DNA of 64,000 bases from Nitrospirota bacterium. GTDB lineage: Bacteria; Nitrospirota; Thermodesulfovibrionia; Thermodesulfovibrionales; Dissulfurispiraceae. Shown here piece after piece: positions 1 through 9,969 of this stretch. The notes beneath the pieces were generated by a model. The model did not search any database and had not been told where the DNA came from. It was given only the letters and a program-made list of their open reading frames with translations. A program made the position numbers and the translations under genes. Numbering within the stretch: the first letter of the stretch is position 1; every line of letters starts with the position of its first letter. Where the stretch lies: the NCBI GenBank assembly GCA_040758355.1, contig JBFLWF010000010.1, positions 1,776 to 65,775 of the forward strand, in the 5' to 3' direction.

Positions 1-253
1 AGGAAAGGTCACATGAGCCTTCGCTGATAAGGTTTTCTGTAAGACGCCTGTCCGAGTTTATCAAATTCATGGCGATTATTTCTGTCTGGAATGGAGTCAG
101 TGTTTCTATGGCATTGTTTTCGAACGTCACAGGGACAAGCTGTCCTGCAGACTCTACCTGCGCTGGTTTGCCAACTGTAAAGTTAAGGTCGGAGACATTT
201 GTGTGGCTGTCCAGCATTGTGGATAGTATGTAATCTATTTCCGGTTTTCTCAT
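1..253 (-). CDS. PilT/PilU-family type IV pilus retraction ATPase, 5' part only (84 codons; gene continues past the left edge)
   Basis: Own reverse translation from ATG 253..251 with AAGGAGG upstream: MRKPEIDYILSTMLDSHTNVSDLNFTVGKPAQVESAGQLVPV...SEGSCDLS. This matches the N-terminal SDLH..G.P..R..G block of PilT/PilU. It is absent from the ORF track because it is truncated. Confidence 0.6.
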   Translation of the reverse strand, partial: MRKPEIDYILSTMLDSHTNVSDLNFTVGKPAQVESAGQLVPVTFENNAIETLTPFQTEIIAMNLINSDRRLTENLISEGSCDLS

Positions 254-270
254 AAATTCCTCCTTTATTA

Positions 271-337
271 AGCTGTCAGCTATCAGCTTTCAGCTATTTC
301 TTTCATGCTGATTGCTGAGGGCTGACCGCTGATTGCT
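271..337. repeat. Heptamer-array hairpin (nnTCAGC units facing GCTGAnn units) between the two pilT-like genes
   Basis: agctgtcagctatcagctttcagctat (271..297) is imperfectly complementary to gctgattgctgagggctgaccgctgattgct (307..337). Both arms have 7-nt periodicity. Confidence 0.7.
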
Positions 338-340
338 TAT

Positions 341-1414
341 TTAGAACTCCGGCGGAGGCTCTTTCAGGTACTGCACAAACTTTTGTTTATCTATTGCCTT
401 GTCATAAGCATCTTCCGGGCTTATCCATTTCTTTAATAGAAGCTCCATTATTGCATCGTCCAGTGTCTGCATTCCATACTTCTTTCCTGTCTGCATTGCC
501 GAAGGTATCTGGTGTGTTTTGGCTTCTCTTATTAAGGCGCCTACTGCATATGTGCAGACCAAAATTTCTAATGCTGCGCATCTTCCTTTTTTGTCTACCC
601 TCTTAAACAGATTCTGGGCAATTACCCCTTTCAAGCTTTCGGACAGGGTTGTCCTTATCTGTGCCTGCTGATGCGATGGGAAGACATCTATTATTCTGTC
701 CACGGTCTTCGGTGCATTTGTGGTATGCAGGGTGCCGAATACAAGATGTCCGGTAGCTGCTGCTTCAAGCGCCAGTTGGATAGTCTCGAGGTCTCTCATT
801 TCTCCAACAAGTATGATGTCTGGGTCTTCTCTCAATGCACCTCTCAATGCAGAGGCAAATGATTTTGTATGTGTTCCTAATTCCCTGTGGTTAACTATGC
901 AGCCCTGGCTTTTATGTACGAACTCTATAGGGTCTTCTACCGTGATTATATGGTCTTTACGGCTTTTATTTGCATAATCTATGATCGCAGCCAGCGTGGT
1001 GGATTTACCGCTTCCTGTGGGCCCTGTAACCAGTACCATCCCTTTGCCGAGCATTGCAAACTTCTTGCATATGGGTGGAAGCCCAAGCTGCTCTATGGTC
1101 ATGATCTCGCTTGGGATGAGCCTGAATACCGATCCTATACCGTATTTTTGAAGAAATAGGTTGCAGCGAAACCTTGCCATGCCTGGGATTTCATAGCCGA
1201 AGTCCACATCACCTGTCTCTTCAAAGACCTTGATCTTATCTTCAGGCGTGATTTCATAGAGCATCCCCCTTAACTCATCATTATCCAGGACATTGTATTG
1301 AACCCTCTCCATATCGCCCCTGATGCGCAGGACGGGCTGCTGGCCCGAAACCAGATGGAGGTCTGAGGCTCCCTGGTCGAGCATGAGCTTAAAAAAAGCA
1401 TCGATTTTTGCCAT
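341..1414 (-). CDS. pilT: Twitching motility ATPase PilT
   Basis: 357-aa ORF with Walker A GPTGSGKSTT, ILVGEMRD, and a GALIREAKTHQI motif resembling the PilT AIRNLIREGK signature. Confidence 0.9.
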   Translation of the reverse strand: MAKIDAFFKLMLDQGASDLHLVSGQQPVLRIRGDMERVQYNVLDNDELRGMLYEITPEDKIKVFEETGDVDFGYEIPGMARFRCNLFLQKYGIGSVFRLIPSEIMTIEQLGLPPICKKFAMLGKGMVLVTGPTGSGKSTTLAAIIDYANKSRKDHIITVEDPIEFVHKSQGCIVNHRELGTHTKSFASALRGALREDPDIILVGEMRDLETIQLALEAAATGHLVFGTLHTTNAPKTVDRIIDVFPSHQQAQIRTTLSESLKGVIAQNLFKRVDKKGRCAALEILVCTYAVGALIREAKTHQIPSAMQTGKKYGMQTLDDAIMELLLKKWISPEDAYDKAIDKQKFVQYLKEPPPEF

Positions 1415-1572
1415 TTTAATCTCCTTTTTTTAGAAAGGTAATCTGCAAAGATAATCAAAACATATCAAACGACATATTTTTTGTCAACCCCGTTAGAAAG
1501 CAGGAGATTTCTAATGGGATTGCTTGCACAAAACATCTGTGGTTGTTTAGTATAAAAGATGGAGATAAATTT

Positions 1573-4233
1573 ATGGTAAGTATCTTACAGAAGATATTCG
1601 GCACAAAGAACGAGAGGGAATTAAAGAGACTATTCGAGTTTATCGATGAAATAAACAGCCTCGAACCTCTAATTTCATCCCTCAGCAACGACCAGTTGAA
1701 GGCAAAGACAGAGGAATTCAGAACAAGGCTTGAATCAGGCGAGAGCCTCGATGATATTCTGAAAGAGGCATTTGCCGTTGTCAGGGAAGTCTCAAAACGT
1801 CTTTTGAATATGAGACACTTCGATGTGCAGCTTATCGGCGGAATTGTGCTCCATGAAGGAAAGATAGCAGAGATGAAGACAGGCGAGGGCAAGACCCTCG
1901 TTGCTACTCTGCCTGTATATCTCAATGCACTCGATGGAAGGGGAGTTCATGTAGTTACCGTGAACGACTACCTCGCAAAAAGGGATGCCCAGTGGATGGG
2001 AGTTATTTACAACTTTTTAGGGCTCTCTGTGGGCGTGATACAGCACGACAACTCATTCCTTTTCGACCCAACATATACCTCCCATGACAAGCGTTTTAAT
2101 CTTCTCAGGCCATGCACGAGGAGGGAGGCGTACTTTGCAGATGTAACCTACGGCACCAATAATGAGTTCGGCTTCGATTATTTAAGGGATAATATGAAAT
2201 ACGATCCCTCTGATTTTGCCCAGAGGGAATTGAACTATGCAATCGTTGACGAGGTGGACAGCATCCTTATAGACGAGGCGAGAACTCCGCTTATAATATC
2301 TGGCCCTTCAGAAGAATCAACGGACAAGTATTACAAGGTGAATAAGATAATACCGAGCCTTAAGGCCGAAGCAGACTTCAAGATAGACGAAAAGCTCAAG
2401 AATGTTGTTCTTACGGAGTCAGGAAGCTCAAAGGTCGAAAGACTCCTCGGTGTCGGCAATCTCTATGACCCATCGAATATAGAGCTCGTCCACCATGTGC
2501 TTCAGGCATTGAGGGCTCACTATCTCTTTAAGAAGGATGTAGATTATGTTGTAAAGGAAGGAGAGGTCATCATTGTCGATGAGTTCACAGGCAGGCTCAT
2601 GCCGGGCAGGCGCTGGAGCGACGGACTGCATCAGGCAATCGAGGCTAAGGAGGGAGTGAAGATAGAAAGCGAAAACCAGACCCTCGCAACCATAACTTTC
2701 CAGAACCTCTTTAGAATGTACAATAAGCTCGCAGGTATGACAGGCACGGCAGACACAGAGGCAGAGGAGTTTGCGAAGATATATAACCTCGATGTTGTTG
2801 TTATGCCCACAAACAGGCCCATGATAAGAAACGACCATCCCGATGTTATATACAAAAGCGAAAAGGCAAAGTTCGATGCAGTTATAAATGACATCGAAGA
2901 ATGCAATAAAAAGGGACAGCCTGTCCTTGTGGGAACTACATCAATAGAAAAATCAGAGGTATTAAGCCATCTCCTCAAAAAGAAGGGAATAAAACACTCT
3001 GTCCTTAACGCCAAATACCATGAGAGAGAGGCAGAGATTGTTGCTCAGGCTGGAAGGTCAACTGCTGTGACCATTGCAACAAATATGGCGGGCAGGGGTA
3101 CAGATATTATATTAGGCGGCAATCCCGACGGTCTTGCAAGGGAGTTATTGAAGGATAAAAAGGAATATACGGAAGACGATTTTAAGACAGCGTATGAGAA
3201 GGCAAAAGATATATGCGATAAGGAAAAGGAGCAGGTTCTGTCAGCAGGAGGCCTTCATATAATCGGCACAGAGCGTCACGAGGCAAGGAGAATAGACAAT
3301 CAGCTCCGCGGAAGGTCAGGAAGGCAGGGCGACCCCGGATCTTCGAGATTCTACCTCTCCCTCGAAGACGACCTCATGAGGATATTCGGCTCTGACAGGA
3401 TAAACGGCCTTATGAACCTGCTGAAGATGGATGAAAGCATACCCATAGAAAATAAAATGGTGACAAAGGCCATAGAGAATGCACAGAAGAGGGTGGAGGC
3501 CCATAACTTCGACATAAGAAAACATCTTCTCGAATACGATGATGTGATGAACAAGCAGAGGAAGGAGATATACTCGTTCAGGCGTGAGGTGCTGGAAAGC
3601 GAGTCTCTAAAGGACAAGATATTCGAGATTATAGAAAATGAGGTAGATGAACTCCTCTCCATATATTGTCCCGATGCCGGCGAATGGGATTTGAACGGGC
3701 TTAAGGATGCAGTTTACGGCCTGTTTTCCGTGGACCTGCAGCTTGAGGAGTCGAGCCTTGATGAAATGGGCAATTTCATTGCCTCAAAGGCAAAGGAGGC
3801 GTACGAGAACAAGGAGAGGGAAGCAGGCCCTGAATTCATGCGTTACATAGAGAAGATGGTGCTCCTTCAGGTCATAGATGCCCAGTGGAAAGACCATCTT
3901 TTAGGCATAGACCATATAAAAGAGGGCATAGGATTGAGGGGATATGCCCAGAGAGATCCCCTTGTCGAATACAAAAAAGAGGCATTCGAACTCTTTGCCG
4001 ACATGTCCGGAAGGATCAATACAGAAGTCTTGATGAGGCTTTTCAAGATTCAGGTGAGACACGAAGATGAATCGGAGATAAAGATAAAGTCCCAGCAGAG
4101 GCTTGTTTATAACCGTGGAGACGGCGATTCTGCACAGCAGCCTGTGCATAAAGAGAAAAAGGTCGGAAGAAACGACCCCTGCCCGTGCGGAAGCGGAAAG
4201 AAGTACAAGAAGTGCTGCGGAGCATCTGCATAA
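1573..4233 (+). CDS. secA: Preprotein translocase ATPase SecA
   Basis: [14 protein letters not shown] Walker [20 protein letters not shown], and a C-terminal zinc motif [14 protein letters not shown]. The likely start is ATG 1573 ([20 protein letters not shown]), not the track's 1543. Confidence 0.95.
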   Translation: MVSILQKIFGTKNERELKRLFEFIDEINSLEPLISSLSNDQLKAKTEEFRTRLESGESLDDILKEAFAVVREVSKRLLNMRHFDVQLIGGIVLHEGKIAEMKTGEGKTLVATLPVYLNALDGRGVHVVTVNDYLAKRDAQWMGVIYNFLGLSVGVIQHDNSFLFDPTYTSHDKRFNLLRPCTRREAYFADVTYGTNNEFGFDYLRDNMKYDPSDFAQRELNYAIVDEVDSILIDEARTPLIISGPSEESTDKYYKVNKIIPSLKAEADFKIDEKLKNVVLTESGSSKVERLLGVGNLYDPSNIELVHHVLQALRAHYLFKKDVDYVVKEGEVIIVDEFTGRLMPGRRWSDGLHQAIEAKEGVKIESENQTLATITFQNLFRMYNKLAGMTGTADTEAEEFAKIYNLDVVVMPTNRPMIRNDHPDVIYKSEKAKFDAVINDIEECNKKGQPVLVGTTSIEKSEVLSHLLKKKGIKHSVLNAKYHEREAEIVAQAGRSTAVTIATNMAGRGTDIILGGNPDGLARELLKDKKEYTEDDFKTAYEKAKDICDKEKEQVLSAGGLHIIGTERHEARRIDNQLRGRSGRQGDPGSSRFYLSLEDDLMRIFGSDRINGLMNLLKMDESIPIENKMVTKAIENAQKRVEAHNFDIRKHLLEYDDVMNKQRKEIYSFRREVLESESLKDKIFEIIENEVDELLSIYCPDAGEWDLNGLKDAVYGLFSVDLQLEESSLDEMGNFIASKAKEAYENKEREAGPEFMRYIEKMVLLQVIDAQWKDHLLGIDHIKEGIGLRGYAQRDPLVEYKKEAFELFADMSGRINTEVLMRLFKIQVRHEDESEIKIKSQQRLVYNRGDGDSAQQPVHKEKKVGRNDPCPCGSGKKYKKCCGASA

Positions 4234-4254
4234 ACAAATCTGCGGTTTAAGTCT

Positions 4255-4372
4255 GGCAAGGTATTTTCGCTCATTCTCGTCGGGCATCCAAGCCCGCCTG
4301 CGAGGCTAAGCCAGCCCGCTTAGACATCCGTGTCACGCTTGGGGCTGCCTAAGTCCGCTCAAATACCTTGCC
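4255..4372. repeat. Long imperfect palindrome in the convergent secA/cupin spacer
   Basis: GGCAAGGTATTT (4255..4266) is the reverse complement of AAATACCTTGCC (4361..4372). Inner arms ggcatccaagc / gcttggggctgcc and the small hairpin ctaagc-cagcccg-cttag lie between them. Confidence 0.6.
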
Positions 4373-4376
4373 CGCC

Positions 4377-4880
4377 TTATTTTGCAACTCTTTTGGGCTT
4401 ATCCCTTTTCGCATTAACGATGCAGAAGAATCCGAATGGCTCGTCATAGGGATTTGTGAGTTGGTGTACAGTATCGGGTGCTACATAAGCAGTATCGAGA
4501 TAATTTAAGGAATATGTCTTTTCCCCCATCCGAATTTTTCCCTTACCCCTTATGCACACTACCACATGCTCATGCCTGTGTCTTTCGAGACTGCTGTATC
4601 CATTGGGCTCTATCTCAAAATATCTGAGGTGGAATTTGCAGGTCTCTCCTTGATTTCCGATTAACACATTTCTTGAAATAGCTGACCAATTTTTATCTTT
4701 TTGGGCGCCGTCCTTTTGTTTGTATTTTTCTGTTTTGACACCACTCCATCTGAAATTGCCTTTATACCTGTATATTTTATTGCTGTCATCTCTTGCCCCT
4801 TTATTTTGCGGAGACCTCCAGTCGCAGGATGGTGCATGTTCAGAATATTTTTTTGTATTTGATGGATTGGCCTTTTTCAT
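4377..4880 (-). CDS. Cupin-domain protein
   Basis: C-terminal half FHLRYFEIEPNGYSSLERHRHEHVVVCIRGKG...YVAPDTVHQLTN fits the two-motif cupin pattern. The N-terminal about 70 aa is Lys-rich and low complexity. Confidence 0.7.
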   Translation of the reverse strand: MKKANPSNTKKYSEHAPSCDWRSPQNKGARDDSNKIYRYKGNFRWSGVKTEKYKQKDGAQKDKNWSAISRNVLIGNQGETCKFHLRYFEIEPNGYSSLERHRHEHVVVCIRGKGKIRMGEKTYSLNYLDTAYVAPDTVHQLTNPYDEPFGFFCIVNAKRDKPKRVAK

Positions 4881-5027
4881 TATTATTGATTATATACGAT
4901 TCGGGATTTTGCTTGCAAAAGTGTTATCCCGAGGCTATAATGTAAAAATATGGGGATACTGCATCATTAAGGAAATTAAAAAAGTCTCGACAATAAAATA
5001 ATCAGAATTTTCCATAACGGAGGGTAT

Positions 5028-5993
5028 ATGGCTCAGAGCGTTGGCGCTTTACCGGAGGTCTTAAAGGTCGGAACAAATGAAATGGAACTCGTTGTCTTCA
5101 GGATGTACAGTACACATCCTGACGGAAGTCCCGAGATCCTCGATTACGGTGTAAATGTTGCAAAGGTCAGGGAGATTATTCCAATGCCTACACTTACAAA
5201 GGTGCCGGATATGCCTGCCTATGCAGAGGCGCTTGCAGAGGTAAGGGGCGAGGTCATTCCCATAGTAAATCTCGGCAAATGGATGAAGATAGTCCCGCCT
5301 TCCAATATGGATATAAGGCCGAAGGTCATAGTCCTCGAAATGCTCGGAACTACCGTTGGCATGATTGTCCATGAGGTGGAGAGGATAAGGAGGATCAAAT
5401 GGGACCAGATAAAGCCTCCTCCGTCATTGCTCCAGGCAAAGCACAGCGGCAGGGTAACAGGAGTAACAAAGATAGACGACGAAGGCGAAGCACTCCTTTT
5501 GATTCTCGATCTCGAGAGCGTCATTTCCGAAATGGGCGGACTTATTCCGAAACATGAGATAGCCCTTGAGGAGATAGAAAGGGTAGGGAAGAAAAAACTC
5601 AAAGGCACAGTGCTTATAGCCGATGACTCGGCAGTTGCGAGGAAGATACTCAAGGATACCCTCGAAAACGTTGGACTCCATGTAATAGAGGCAGTGGACG
5701 GCAAACAAGCCTTTGATATATTGAATGACTTCATTCAAAGGATTGGCGACCAGCCTATTACCAATTTTGTCCAGCTTATTATCTCTGATGTGGAGATGCC
5801 TGAAATGGACGGCCTCACATTCACAAAGAATGTTAAGGCCAATAATAAGCTTCAATCAGTGCCCATAATAGTGAATACATCATTGAGCGGAGAGGAAAAC
5901 AGGGAAAAGGCAAAGAGTGTTGGCGCCGACGGCTACCTCGTAAAGTTTGATGTCACCAAGCTGATACAAGAGGTATCGAAGTTTTTAAAGTAA
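5028..5993 (+). CDS. cheV: Chemotaxis coupling protein CheV (CheW domain + receiver domain)
   Basis: N-terminal CheW-like block (NEMELVVFRM...GVNVAKVREI) followed by a receiver (VLIADDSAVARK...ISDVEMPEMDG...GADGYLVKF). Confidence 0.85.
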   Translation: MAQSVGALPEVLKVGTNEMELVVFRMYSTHPDGSPEILDYGVNVAKVREIIPMPTLTKVPDMPAYAEALAEVRGEVIPIVNLGKWMKIVPPSNMDIRPKVIVLEMLGTTVGMIVHEVERIRRIKWDQIKPPPSLLQAKHSGRVTGVTKIDDEGEALLLILDLESVISEMGGLIPKHEIALEEIERVGKKKLKGTVLIADDSAVARKILKDTLENVGLHVIEAVDGKQAFDILNDFIQRIGDQPITNFVQLIISDVEMPEMDGLTFTKNVKANNKLQSVPIIVNTSLSGEENREKAKSVGADGYLVKFDVTKLIQEVSKFLK

Positions 5994-6039
5994 ATGGGCA
6001 TATGAGTAGATGAGGTCTTCCAACCCATTCACCCATTAA
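5990..6039. repeat. Octamer-array hairpin overlapping the convergent cheV and ADH stop codons
   Basis: gtaaatgg gcatatga gtagatga - ggtcttccaa - cccattca cccattaa. The two arms are imperfect reverse complements. Confidence 0.6.
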
Positions 6040-7082
6040 CCAAAGACTATAAGGCATTTCAGAGAATCTTTTGCTTCTACGGTGAGTCTGTATGCCTTTT
6101 CTGTCTCGTCAATGGCAAACCTGTGGGTAACGAGTTTGTCAGCAGTAACAAGACCTTTATTTATAAAGTTCAAGGCCTCTTTTGTGTCATCAGGACCGCA
6201 TGAATAGCTGGTGACAATATTAATATCCCTGAAGTAAATATAGTTCGGGTCAATAGTAAGCATTTCATTTGGTTTTGCAGGCGTGAAGAACACAACAGTC
6301 CCGCCGGAGGCAACTGCCTCGATCCCCTGTTCCATTGCACTTGCATTGTTAGGTCCGACAATGACAATATCTGCCATAAAATTATTGGTTAAATCTTTTA
6401 GCCTGTCAATAAAGTTTTCTTTTGAGACATCTATAACATGATCTGCTCCGAACTCAAGCGCCTTGTTAAGTCTGAACGGTATCATATCGGCACCGATTAT
6501 TTTCTCCGCTTCAAACTCTCTTGCAAGCAGCGCATGCATCTGCCCCATGATCCCAAGACCGATGATGAGTATGGTGTCGCCTTTTTTTATGGATGCCCTC
6601 TTTAAAGATTTAACAACGCAGGCAGTCGGCTCAATCAGTGTGCCGTCTTCATAGCTCATATTTTCGGGTAGTTTCAGAGTATCGTTTTTCAGGTTTGTTT
6701 CTGGAATGAGTATATACTCAGATATGCCTCCCGGAATTATCTTTGTATTGCGCCATGTCTCGCATTGCACATAATCGCCGCGCTTGCAGTATTTGCAGTT
6801 TAGGCACGGCGCATGGTGATGAACAAAGACCCTATCGCAAATATTCAAGGCTGATGGCTGATGGCTGATGGCTGATAGCTCGCTGCCAAGTTCAACGATT
6901 TCTCCAACGGGTTCATGCCCCAAAACAATAGGTGCTTTTTTCTCGATATACCACGGCATCGCATCCCCCGAGCATATGCCGCAGGCCTTTGTCTTTATGA
7001 GGGCATCACGTGGGCCTATTTGAGGAACAGGAATATCCTCTATTCGAATGTCATTGAAACTGTAGAGCTTAGCGACTTTCAT
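6036..7082 (-). CDS. Zinc-dependent alcohol/threonine dehydrogenase family (MDR) protein
   Basis: GHEPVGEIVELG, structural-Zn cluster CLNCKYCKRGDYVQC, and Rossmann IIGLGIMG. It contains a heptamer-derived insert SAISHQPSA. Confidence 0.85.
   Translation of the reverse strand: MKVAKLYSFNDIRIEDIPVPQIGPRDALIKTKACGICSGDAMPWYIEKKAPIVLGHEPVGEIVELGSELSAISHQPSALNICDRVFVHHHAPCLNCKYCKRGDYVQCETWRNTKIIPGGISEYILIPETNLKNDTLKLPENMSYEDGTLIEPTACVVKSLKRASIKKGDTILIIGLGIMGQMHALLAREFEAEKIIGADMIPFRLNKALEFGADHVIDVSKENFIDRLKDLTNNFMADIVIVGPNNASAMEQGIEAVASGGTVVFFTPAKPNEMLTIDPNYIYFRDINIVTSYSCGPDDTKEALNFINKGLVTADKLVTHRFAIDETEKAYRLTVEAKDSLKCLIVFG
6849..6880. repeat. GGCTGAT x4 heptamer array inside the ADH coding sequence
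   Basis: ggctgat ggctgat ggctgat ggctgat agct. The coding (minus) strand reads ...SAISHQPSALN... Confidence 0.9.
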
Positions 7083-7381
7083 TTGCTTACTCCATAAAGC
7101 GCATCGAGCGGGCTTTGCGGAGCATTAGACATGTGTCTCAGGACAGTGGAATGTGAGTTCAAGCTTGCGGGCAAATCCTAAAAACCTGCTTACCCAATAC
7201 GCTAAAAACGGGATATTCTTTTCAGGAGCAAGTTTTCTTTCCAAAAGGAATTTTTGAAATTCAGGAAGCAGATTATTTTTAGAGCCTGACAATTTTCCCA
7301 CATTTTCCGCCTATTCGCTTTTAGTCCATAATATCATAAAATACGAAATACTGAAATATCCTATAATTGATTTTAGGAAAT

Positions 7382-8125
7382 AAATAGGGACAGCGACCAT
7401 TTTATTGACATAAATAGAGTGGATGCTTTACTATTAGCACATGCCGAGAATAGCCAGGGCAGTTGCAGTCGGATTCCCCCATCATATTACTCAGCGGGGC
7501 AACTATCGTCAGAGAGTCTTTGAAAAAGATGACGATTACTTCCGGTATTTGGAATGGCTGCAGATATATAGTAAAAAATATGCTTTGAAGATATGGGGCT
7601 ACTGCCTAATGAGCAATCATGTGCATTTTATAGCTGTTCCTATGGAAGACGATTCCCTTGCAAAGACATTTAATACCCTTCATATGAGATATTCACAGTA
7701 CATCAACTCAAGGCAAGAAAACAGAGGACACCTATGGCAGGGACGCTTCTTTTCATGTGCGCTTGATGAAAAACATCTCTACGCTGCTATGCGATATGTA
7801 GAAAATAATTCTGTGAGGGCTCGTATTGTTAAGAAGGCCGAAGATTACCGTTGGTCGAGTGCTTACGCTCATGCAAGGGGAAAGATGGATAAGGTTTTAG
7901 CAGATGACTGTTATATGGTTGAAAGAATAAAAGATTGGTCGGCATATCTCAGAGAGAAAGAGGATACAGTATTAGTCGAGGATATTCGGCAAAGCACAAA
8001 GACAGGTCGCCCATGTGGTGACGACAGGTTTGTAATGAAGATGGAAAAGCTGCTCGAAAGAAAACTGACTGCATTGCCGAAAGGAAGACCTCGCAAAACA
8101 AAATAAATAGTCGCTGTCCCTATTT
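7382..8125 (+). mobile_element. Y1-transposase (RAYT/IS200-like) element bounded by 16-bp perfect inverted repeats
   Basis: AAATAGGGACAGCGAC (7382..7397) and its exact reverse complement GTCGCTGTCCCTATTT (8110..8125) bracket the single transposase-like ORF. Confidence 0.65.
7441..8106 (+). CDS. REP-associated tyrosine transposase / IS200-like Y1 transposase family protein
   Basis: 221 aa with HHITQRGN N-terminus, HUH motif SNHVHFI, Tyr helix MRYVENNSVRA, YRWSS, and a basic tail PKGRPRKTK. Confidence 0.8.
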   Translation: MPRIARAVAVGFPHHITQRGNYRQRVFEKDDDYFRYLEWLQIYSKKYALKIWGYCLMSNHVHFIAVPMEDDSLAKTFNTLHMRYSQYINSRQENRGHLWQGRFFSCALDEKHLYAAMRYVENNSVRARIVKKAEDYRWSSAYAHARGKMDKVLADDCYMVERIKDWSAYLREKEDTVLVEDIRQSTKTGRPCGDDRFVMKMEKLLERKLTALPKGRPRKTK

Positions 8126-8129
8126 TTAT

Positions 8130-8267
8130 ATTTTTATTAGAATTTCCGAAAGAGACCTGACCGAACTGCAGAAAAGGGCAGTAAGCGAGGGATTACCTTA
8201 TCAGACGTATGTTTCCAGTATAATTCATAAATTTGTTACTGGGAAGCTGATAGAGGCAAAAAATTAA
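8130..8267 (+). pseudogene. 3' fragment of a ribbon-helix-helix (CopG/BrnA-like) antitoxin gene lacking a start codon
   Basis: Own translation directly after the right IR: IFIRISERDLTELQKRAVSEGLPYQTYVSSIIHKFVTGKLIEAKN*. It resembles the C-terminal RHH block (..IR...DL..L...A...G.PYQT...S..HK...G) of small antitoxins. There is no ATG/GTG and no 5' half on the other side of the element. Confidence 0.35.
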
Positions 8268-8274
8268 AAAGTAT

Positions 8275-9288
8275 TTAAGGAATAATCGCATACTTTATCC
8301 CTTCGCCTTTTGAGAGCCTATTAAGTGCGAGATTAAGGTCTTTCAATGGATAACTGCCGCTTATCAGAGGAGAGAGATTAAGTGTATCTTTTAATAGATT
8401 GTAGGCAATTTTTACATCATGGGGAGTAAAATGGAATACCCCCTTTAATGTTAATTCATCGTAATGAAGTCTATATGTATCGTATGTCACTATTGTCCCT
8501 TTTTTCACTCCTCCAAAGAGAATGACTGTTCCTCCCCTTCTCACATAATTTACAGAGGTTTCCCATACATCTATCTGCCCTGTACACTCAAAGACAAAGT
8601 CCATACCAAGGCCATCGGTGACGTAATCTATAGCACTTAGAAGTCCTGACGGCAATACAGTTACGTCCGCTCCGAGGCTTTTGGCAAGTTCGAGCCTTTC
8701 GTGCTCCAGCCCTGTAATAATGACCTCAGCTCTTTTTAGTTTTGCCAGAGAAAGGTGCAGAAGCCCAATAGGCCCTGTGCCGATTATCAATACCCGATCA
8801 CCTTTTTTGATGTTTAATCCATGCATGCCATGAACCACGCATGAAAGCGGCTCAAGCAGTGCTGCCTCTTCGAAACTCAGATTTGCAGGCTTATGAAAGA
8901 GATTTTGTTTGACTATATGTGAGGGCAATAGAATGTATTCTGCAAAGGCGCCTAAGACCTTTGTGTCCATTATATTTTCGCAGAGGTTGTGGAGCTTTTT
9001 TTTGCAATATTTGCATTTAAGGCATGGCGCGCTGTGAACCGCCATTATTTCATCTTCGGCTTTAAAGTCTTTGACCCCTTTGCCGACTTCTGCTATGACG
9101 CCAGAAAACTCGTGTCCGAATACTCCGGGCATCGGTATCATGGGATGTCCCCTGAGGAATGCCTTCAGGTCTGTGCCGCAGGTGAGGGCTGCCTTTACCT
9201 TCACGAGCACCTCACCCCTGGATGGTTTAGGGACAGGTGTTTCCCTTAATTCAATTGTCCCGGGTTTTATTAAATAGCTCGCAAGCAT
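8275..9288 (-). CDS. Zinc-dependent alcohol/sorbitol dehydrogenase family (MDR) protein
   Basis: GHEFSGVIAEVG, CLKCKYCKKKLHNLC, IIGTGPIG; 337 aa. Confidence 0.85.
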   Translation of the reverse strand: MLASYLIKPGTIELRETPVPKPSRGEVLVKVKAALTCGTDLKAFLRGHPMIPMPGVFGHEFSGVIAEVGKGVKDFKAEDEIMAVHSAPCLKCKYCKKKLHNLCENIMDTKVLGAFAEYILLPSHIVKQNLFHKPANLSFEEAALLEPLSCVVHGMHGLNIKKGDRVLIIGTGPIGLLHLSLAKLKRAEVIITGLEHERLELAKSLGADVTVLPSGLLSAIDYVTDGLGMDFVFECTGQIDVWETSVNYVRRGGTVILFGGVKKGTIVTYDTYRLHYDELTLKGVFHFTPHDVKIAYNLLKDTLNLSPLISGSYPLKDLNLALNRLSKGEGIKYAIIP

Positions 9289-9521
9289 TAATTAAACTCC
9301 AGTTTGCCGCCTAAGAACTGTCCGATGACGGCAGCCAATATGAAAAGGGGTATGAATTTATAGTCGGTGTTTGTGATGATCCTTATAAGGATTATAAATG
9401 GTATCGGTATATGGATATACATAAACCACTTCAGGGAATACTTTTTTGAACGGCTTCTCAGATAACCGAACGGAATATGCACTACAAAAGCAATCAGGGT
9501 TATTAGTAATATCGATGACAT
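9288..9521 (-). CDS. Small integral membrane protein, function unknown
   Basis: 77 aa with two or three hydrophobic spans. Its stop abuts the ADH start. Confidence 0.5.
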   Translation of the reverse strand: MSSILLITLIAFVVHIPFGYLRSRSKKYSLKWFMYIHIPIPFIILIRIITNTDYKFIPLFILAAVIGQFLGGKLEFN

Positions 9522-9534
9522 GTTGAATTATAGA

Positions 9535-9957
9535 TTAGCCTCTGCATTTTTCACAATATCCCAAAATTTCGAGACTGTGCCGTATCCCCTGAAATTTCTC
9601 CTTCTGGCATATCTCATCCTGAAGCATTTCGAGGGTAGGAGAATAGAATTCTATTACCTTTCCGCACTTCGTGCATATCATGTGGTCGTGGTGCCTGTCT
9701 TTTGATACCTTCTCATAATGTGCATGCCTGTCGATCCTTTCAACTTCTTCTATGAGTCCGATCTCTATGAGGAGGGGTATTGTCCTGTAAACAGATGCCC
9801 TCGATACCTTTGACCCCTTTGCCTTAAGCCTGATAAACAACTCTTCTGGATCGAAGTGCTTTTTCATGATAAGTATTTCGTTCAGTATCTCGTCCCGTTC
9901 TTTTGTTGATTTGAGGCCTTTCGTGGTCAGGAACTCCCTAAATTTTTGCTTTTCCAT
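9535..9957 (-). CDS. fur: Fur-family metal-responsive transcriptional regulator
   Basis: Winged-helix block SRASVYRTIPLL, metal sites HHDHMICTKCGKVIEF and CEKC; 140 aa. Confidence 0.85.
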   Translation of the reverse strand: MEKQKFREFLTTKGLKSTKERDEILNEILIMKKHFDPEELFIRLKAKGSKVSRASVYRTIPLLIEIGLIEEVERIDRHAHYEKVSKDRHHDHMICTKCGKVIEFYSPTLEMLQDEICQKEKFQGIRHSLEILGYCEKCRG

Positions 9958-9969
9958 AATTCCTCCGGA

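Noticed and set aside
1543-1572. N-terminal extensions proposed by the ORF track (secA 1543, murI 14075, icd 19310, argS 25790, FeS subunit 38246, monoheme protein 27596, napD 33336)
   Set aside because: Internal starts have better Shine-Dalgarno sequences and match the conserved N-termini of the families. Several extensions overlap promoters, terminators or repeats.
4940-4975. KIWGYC peptide and an about 15-nt match to the RAYT-like gene (possible transposase remnant)
   Set aside because: Only about 14/15 nt match. Matches of that size are expected many times by chance in a 64-kb self-comparison, and there is no flanking similarity.
7085-7200. tRNA- or structured-RNA-like segment (gagttcaagcttgcggg) upstream of the ADH gene
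   Set aside because: No cloverleaf can be drawn: the T-arm-like word lacks a complementary stem and there are no acceptor or anticodon arms. It is treated as ordinary 5' spacer sharing a short hairpin word with other spacers.
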